DNA of 64,000 nt from Acidobacteriota bacterium (lineage in GTDB: Bacteria; Acidobacteriota; UBA6911; RPQK01; JAJDTT01), in contig OZ253580.1 of assembly GCA_965263035.1 (NCBI GenBank), positions 5,344,001-5,408,000 on the forward strand, given 5' to 3'. Position numbers and translations under genes: made by a program. The notes under the pieces are model-generated. The model saw only the letters and a program-made list of their open reading frames with translations. It searched no databases and was not told where the DNA came from. Each line of letters opens with the position of its first letter. Within the stretch, counting starts at the first letter, position 1. Below are positions 58,690 to 64,000 of the stretch, piece after piece.

Positions 58690-61644
58690 ATGCCCTTCTT
58701 GACTACCCTATCCCCCCCACTTCCCGGTACCCGCATCGTAGTCCGTGACGCCGAGTGGGTGGTACGCCGCGTCGACCCCATGCGCGACGGCGGTTCACAG
58801 CTCACCTGCACCGGTGTCTCTGAACTGGTGCGGGAGCGCGAAGCCGTCTTCCTGACCCGCCTCGAGAATCAGATCAAGGTCCTGGACCCGGCCACAACCA
58901 CCCTCGTCCCCGACACGTCGCCCCGATTCACCCGTAGCCTTCTCTACATGGAGAGCCTGCTACGCCGCGCGGTGCCCAACGACCAGCGCATCCGGGTGGC
59001 CCGTAGCGCCGCCATGGACCAGGTGCCATACCAGCTCGATCCGGCCCGCCAGGCGCTCCGGCAGCCGCGCCAGAGGATCCTGATCGCCGACGACGTGGGC
59101 CTTGGTAAGACCATCGAAGCGGGTATTCTCGTGAGCGAACTCATTGTCCGGGGACGGGGCCAGCGCATATTGGTGGTCGCCGTCAAGAGCATGCTCACGC
59201 AGTTCCAGAAAGAGTTCTGGAACCGGTTCACCATCCCACTCACGCGCTTGGACTCGGTGGGCATCCAGCGGGTACGGCGCCGGATTCCGTCGAACCACAA
59301 TCCGTTCCACTACTACGACAAGTCGATCATCTCGATCGACACGCTCAAGCAGGATCGTGAGTACCGGACCTACGTGGAGAACGCCTGGTGGGACATCATC
59401 GTGATCGACGAGGCTCACAACGTGGCGGAACGGGGATCACGGTCGCTGCGCAGCAAGCTCGCGAAACGGCTCGCCAAGAGGTCTGACACGCTCATCATGC
59501 TGTCGGCCACCCCACACGACGGAAAGGCGCGCAGCTTCGCCAGCCTGATGAACATGCTCGATCCGACCGCAATCGGGGATCCGGACGACTTCACGCGCGA
59601 GGACTTCCAACACAAGGGCCTGGTGATCCGCCGCTTCAAGAAGGACGTGCGTGAGCAGGTGAAGCAGTCTTTTCGGGATCGCAAGATCTTCCCCGAATCG
59701 TTCCCGCTCTCAACCGAGGAGGAGACCGCCAACAATGTACTTCTGGCTGTAAGGGTGCGCGGCCAGGCCACTGGCGGCGGGCGGAAACTGTTCTCCGTGA
59801 CGCTAGAGAAAGCCCTGTTCTCAAGCCCCGCCGCCTGCCTTGAGACCGTGGAGAGACGCCGAAATCAACTAGAGCGGGAGCTTGCCGATCAACACAAACC
59901 GGAAAGCTGCGACATCATTCGCCGTGAGCTTGAAGGACTCGGAGCGCTGACCGACGCACTCAAAGCCATCCGGCCTGTCAACTTCGCCAAGTACCAGGCA
60001 CTCCTCCGTGCCATCCGCGGAGACGAGCCCTTCCGCTGGAAACCCGGGAACCGGCGGGACCGGCTGGTCGTTTTCAGCGAGCGCATCGCGACCTTGCGCT
60101 GGCTTCGAGAACGTCTAACGCATGATCTGCGGCTCCGGCGAAATCAAGTCGGCCTGCTTCACGGCGGCCTCTCTGACACCGACCAGCAGGAGATCGTCGA
60201 GGCGTTTGGCAACGAAACGACGCCGCTCCGGCTTCTCTTGGCGTCGGACGTGGCGTCCGAGGGGATCAACCTGCACCATCAGTGCCACCGGCTCATCCAC
60301 TTTGACATCCCCTGGTCGCTCATGGTGTTCGCCCAACGCAACGGACGGGTGGATCGCTACGGGCAGCGTCGGGACCCCCAGATCGTGTACCTGTTGTCCG
60401 AGAGCGTCAACCAGACGATCCGAGGCGACGCGCGCGTTCTGGAGGTGCTGATCGAGAAAGACGAACAGGCTCACCGAAATATTGGTGACCCGTCGATCTT
60501 CATGAACCAGTACGACGTGGATGCCGAAGAGGACGTAACCCGGCGTGCGATCGCGGCTGGCGAGAGCGCCGAGGACTTCGACACGCGTCTGACTCCCAAA
60601 ACGAGTGAAGGCGACGACTTGATGGCGCTGTTCCTGGGGAGGGGACCGACAACCACAGAGGAGCCGACCAACGACCGGGTTGCCTTGGGGCAGTTACGCA
60701 GACTGGACAGTAACGGCCGGGGCGGATCGGCCAACGACTCCATCCCCGAGTCAATCTTTGCCAGCGACCTGACCTACGTGGAAGCGGCCCTCGAACACCT
60801 GCGCGAGTCACATCCGGAGCTCGACTCCCGTGTTGACCATGCATCGCAGACACTAACCCTGGACGCGCCGACCGATCTGCGCGCGCGTTTCCGTCAGGCG
60901 CCGCCCGAGATCAGGCCTAAGGCTTGGCGCTTCGTGCTCACCGCCGATCGGACGGCTATGGAAGCGCAGATCACCGAGAGTCGGCGCCAAGAGTCCCACT
61001 GGTCGCGGGTTCACTACCTGTGGCGGCTGAACCCTATCGTACAGTGGCTCAACGACCGCATGCTTGCCTCATTCGGGAGGCACGAGGCCCCGATCCTCGC
61101 CGGTGTCCCGGGGTTGGAGCTAGGCGAGGCCGTATTCGTCTTGGCGGGACACGTCGCCAACCGGAAGGGTCAGCCCCTCGTGTCGGATTGGATTGCGGTC
61201 CCGTTCCGAGGAAGCGAAGCGATGGATGTGGAACCGTTCGCCGCATACGCAAAGAGCATCGGGCTGGGCCGCACGCTATTCGCCAATGTGGGAGCCGATG
61301 TGGACGTGGAGCAGTTGAAGGCGGTACTCCCCGAGGCGGTGGAGCTTGCCCAGATGTGGGTGGGAGACGAAGCGCGCAAGTTCGGGACGCGCATGGAAGC
61401 CGAGCGCCACAAGGAACTCGAGGCGTTGGCAGCACTCCAGACCCGCCGAAGGGAACAGATCGAATCCAGGTGGAAAATCTCCTACCAACTGCCGATCGCC
61501 GGAATAGACAACTGGCGCGCCAAGAACGAGTTGCAAGAAGCGGAAGAAGCGTTTGCCGATTACTGCATCTGGGTCGAGGATACGATGACGATCGCGGGCC
61601 CGCCGCAGATGTCCGTCGTGGCCGTCCTCACCGGAAAGAGCTGA
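58690..61644 (+). CDS. SNF2-family helicase (DrmD-like, defence-associated)
   Basis: LIADDVGLGKT, DEAH, LSATPH, SEGINL and QRNGRVDRYGQ. Confidence 0.9.
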   Translation: MPFLTTLSPPLPGTRIVVRDAEWVVRRVDPMRDGGSQLTCTGVSELVREREAVFLTRLENQIKVLDPATTTLVPDTSPRFTRSLLYMESLLRRAVPNDQRIRVARSAAMDQVPYQLDPARQALRQPRQRILIADDVGLGKTIEAGILVSELIVRGRGQRILVVAVKSMLTQFQKEFWNRFTIPLTRLDSVGIQRVRRRIPSNHNPFHYYDKSIISIDTLKQDREYRTYVENAWWDIIVIDEAHNVAERGSRSLRSKLAKRLAKRSDTLIMLSATPHDGKARSFASLMNMLDPTAIGDPDDFTREDFQHKGLVIRRFKKDVREQVKQSFRDRKIFPESFPLSTEEETANNVLLAVRVRGQATGGGRKLFSVTLEKALFSSPAACLETVERRRNQLERELADQHKPESCDIIRRELEGLGALTDALKAIRPVNFAKYQALLRAIRGDEPFRWKPGNRRDRLVVFSERIATLRWLRERLTHDLRLRRNQVGLLHGGLSDTDQQEIVEAFGNETTPLRLLLASDVASEGINLHHQCHRLIHFDIPWSLMVFAQRNGRVDRYGQRRDPQIVYLLSESVNQTIRGDARVLEVLIEKDEQAHRNIGDPSIFMNQYDVDAEEDVTRRAIAAGESAEDFDTRLTPKTSEGDDLMALFLGRGPTTTEEPTNDRVALGQLRRLDSNGRGGSANDSIPESIFASDLTYVEAALEHLRESHPELDSRVDHASQTLTLDAPTDLRARFRQAPPEIRPKAWRFVLTADRTAMEAQITESRRQESHWSRVHYLWRLNPIVQWLNDRMLASFGRHEAPILAGVPGLELGEAVFVLAGHVANRKGQPLVSDWIAVPFRGSEAMDVEPFAAYAKSIGLGRTLFANVGADVDVEQLKAVLPEAVELAQMWVGDEARKFGTRMEAERHKELEALAALQTRRREQIESRWKISYQLPIAGIDNWRAKNELQEAEEAFADYCIWVEDTMTIAGPPQMSVVAVLTGKS

Positions 61645-61650
61645 CCGAGA

Positions 61651-64000
61651 ATGAGCGTTAGCGCACCTGGCGTTTTAGCCGGAATCTCAAACGAGAACGA
61701 GTTCTTCAGCCACCACTACCTGTCTGAGCTCTTTCAGGGCGATATCAGGGAGACGGTGAATCGGTGGAACGAGGCCGAGGCCGCCGACTCGGAACGCACC
61801 TCCCCGCACAAACGGCTGTGGGCCCTACGTAAAACGCACACCCAGTTGCTGCGCCGAGCCCAGAATGCCAGGGATCACGCCGCCCAGTTGGCGCACCAAC
61901 GGGAATGGCACCGAGAGCTTCTGGGCGCGCTCGGCTACGATTTCCGCCCCGCGAACCACCGCCTCGAAGACGGCGACGAGATCCCGGTTCTTTGCACAGC
62001 CGGAGGCCAAGGACCGGACGGGGGCGGCACAGCCGCAGGCAAAGCGCAGCGTTCCCCAAGCCTGCTGGCCTTCGCGGCCTTTGCCGGGAATGTTGGTTCG
62101 ACTGAAGACCCGCTCACCGCCCGTCCCTCGGCCCTACAGTTCCACGGCGAGGTGCCGCCGCCCGAAGATCTCCTCGACGAGAACTGGGAGCATATTGTTA
62201 CCCGTCGGGTCTTTGCCCAGAATCGTCCGCCCCGCTGGCTGCTCCTGCTCTCATTCAGTCAGCTCGTTTTGATCGAGCGTGGCAAGTGGGCGCACAGCCG
62301 CCTCCTCCGCTTCGACTTCGAGGAGATAATGGGGCGCGCCCAACGCGCCGAGGACGCCACACTCAAGGCAACCGCCGCTCTGCTTCACCGCTTCTCGCTC
62401 CTCCCGGACGAGGGTGCCCAGCCGCTGCTGGACGGCTTGGACGAGAACAGCCATCGCCACGCCTTCGCGGTCTCTACCGATCTGAAGTACGCCATGCGTG
62501 AGTCGATCGAGCTCGTCGGCAACGAGGCGATCCGCTACCTGCGCGAGGTGAGCCGCGAGCGCGTTTACAACCTCGACGACCGCCTGGCGGGCGAATTGGG
62601 CTTGGAGTGCGTCCGATACATGTACCGGTTGCTATTCCTTTTCTATATCGAGGCGCGGCCAGAGCTGGGCTACGCCCCGGTCAACTCCGACGCTTATCGT
62701 GCGGGGTACAGCCTCGAACGGCTGCGGGATCTGGAGCTGGTCGAGCTCGCCACGGAGGAATCGCGCAACGGTTTCCACCTTCACGAGAGTATCCAGACTC
62801 TTTTCCGCCTGATTCGGGACGGGTTCGACGGGCACCACTGGGGTGGGAGCGTAGACCTCTTCGCCTCTCCCACCCTCCTACGGCACGGCTTCCGCATCCG
62901 CGCGCTGGACAGCGCACTATTTCGCGAGGGCTCCACCCCCCTTCTGGACCGCGTGAAGCCGCGCAACCACGTACTGCAGCGCGTGATCGAGCTGATGTCG
63001 CTGAGCCGCCCCGTGAAGGGCCGTGGACGCAAGCGCCGGGGCCGCATCTCGTATGCGCAGCTCGGTGTCAACCAGTTGGGCGCGGTCTACGAGTCGCTCC
63101 TGTCGTACCGCGGCTTCTTCGCCGAGACCGATCTGTACGAGGTAAAGAAGGCAAAGGACAAGCAGGACGACTTGGCGGGAGCATGGTTCGTGCGAGCCGA
63201 GGAGCTTGACCGCTACGCCGAAAACGAGCGCGTCTACGATACCGACGAGAACGGACACAAGCGGCTGCGCAGGCACGCCAAGGGATCGTTCATCTACCGG
63301 TTGCGGGGGCGGGATCGCGAAAAGTCGGCCAGCTACTACACCCCAGAGTCGCTCACGCGATGTCTTATTAGACATAGTATGCGCGAGTTGATATCGAATT
63401 CGACATCAGCAGACGAGATCCTGGACCTGACGGTATGCGAGCCGGCGATGGGGTCGGCCGCTTTCCTGAACGAGGCCGTCAACCAGTTGGCCGAGCTGTA
63501 CTTGGAACGCAAGCAGAAGGAGCGGGGCGAACGGATCCCACACGAGCAGTACCCCGACGAGCTTCAGCGCACTAAGCGCTTCATCGCCGACCGCAATGTG
63601 TATGGTGTGGACCTGAACCCGGTGGCGGTGGAGCTAGCTGAGGTATCCCTCTGGCTCAACGCCATTCATAGGGACGGGCATGTGCCGTGGTTCGGGTACC
63701 AGTTGGCGTGCGGCAATTCACTGGTAGGGGCTCGGCGGCAGGTGTACCCGAGGGCGCGACTGCGGGGCCGGAAGAAGGCCGATCTGTGGTTTGACAAGGC
63801 TCCAGAGCGGGTGGCGCCGGGACCGGAGGGGCCGGAGCTGAAGCGGCCGCGGGAGACCATCTACCACTTCCTGCTACCCGATCCGGGAATGGCGCACTAC
63901 GGCAACAACCTGGCAAGGAAGCTGGAGCCCGGGAACTTCAAGCGGTTGAAGAAGTGGCGGCGTACCTTCTTTCAGGCGTTTGCGCCCGACGACACCGCCG
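61651..64000 (+). CDS. Large type IIG-like DNA adenine methyltransferase/RM protein, runs off the window
   Basis: Not in the ORF track (no stop). Translates MSVSAPGVLAGISNENEFFSHHYL...QLGAVYESLL...REKSASYYTP...EPAMGSAAFL...YGVDLNPVAVELA.VSLWL. Confidence 0.85.
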   Translation, partial: MSVSAPGVLAGISNENEFFSHHYLSELFQGDIRETVNRWNEAEAADSERTSPHKRLWALRKTHTQLLRRAQNARDHAAQLAHQREWHRELLGALGYDFRPANHRLEDGDEIPVLCTAGGQGPDGGGTAAGKAQRSPSLLAFAAFAGNVGSTEDPLTARPSALQFHGEVPPPEDLLDENWEHIVTRRVFAQNRPPRWLLLLSFSQLVLIERGKWAHSRLLRFDFEEIMGRAQRAEDATLKATAALLHRFSLLPDEGAQPLLDGLDENSHRHAFAVSTDLKYAMRESIELVGNEAIRYLREVSRERVYNLDDRLAGELGLECVRYMYRLLFLFYIEARPELGYAPVNSDAYRAGYSLERLRDLELVELATEESRNGFHLHESIQTLFRLIRDGFDGHHWGGSVDLFASPTLLRHGFRIRALDSALFREGSTPLLDRVKPRNHVLQRVIELMSLSRPVKGRGRKRRGRISYAQLGVNQLGAVYESLLSYRGFFAETDLYEVKKAKDKQDDLAGAWFVRAEELDRYAENERVYDTDENGHKRLRRHAKGSFIYRLRGRDREKSASYYTPESLTRCLIRHSMRELISNSTSADEILDLTVCEPAMGSAAFLNEAVNQLAELYLERKQKERGERIPHEQYPDELQRTKRFIADRNVYGVDLNPVAVELAEVSLWLNAIHRDGHVPWFGYQLACGNSLVGARRQVYPRARLRGRKKADLWFDKAPERVAPGPEGPELKRPRETIYHFLLPDPGMAHYGNNLARKLEPGNFKRLKKWRRTFFQAFAPDDTA

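Noticed and set aside
1-64000. CRISPR array, rRNA or reverse transcriptase-based systems
   Set aside because: I saw no regularly spaced repeat-spacer array, rRNA-like sequence, cas gene or RT motif.

Overview
High-GC bacterial DNA, most likely Acidobacteriota. This is inferred from the acidobacterial-type VWFA protein, an Oar-like TonB-dependent receptor and a TIGR02999-type ECF sigma factor paired with a Ser/Thr kinase. The main feature is a 9.9-kb integrated element (4764-14666) bounded by a 6-bp TTGAAG direct repeat. It sits inside a sodium:solute symporter gene, and both halves remain in frame, so precise excision would restore a 643-aa ORF. The element carries a Cre-like tyrosine recombinase and an HK97-type head and packaging module in an unusual gene order. 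It has no recognisable tail, small terminase, repressor or replication gene. It also carries a degenerate tRNA-Leu(TAA) and two long hairpin-dense non-coding tracts, so it looks like a capsid-forming phage satellite that may act as a gene switch. A second highlight is an adjacent pair resembling eukaryotic alkyl-DHAP synthase (AGPS) and DHRS7B/PexRAP, suggesting ether-lipid synthesis. The window also has a ~160-bp ERIC-like MITE family (2 full and 2 partial copies), vapBC, yhaO/yhaN-type nuclease/ATPase genes, an RGG-rich envelope operon, several gene remnants, and the start of a SNF2 helicase + methyltransferase (DISARM-like) defence locus. All family calls come from motif recognition by eye; no database searches were run.
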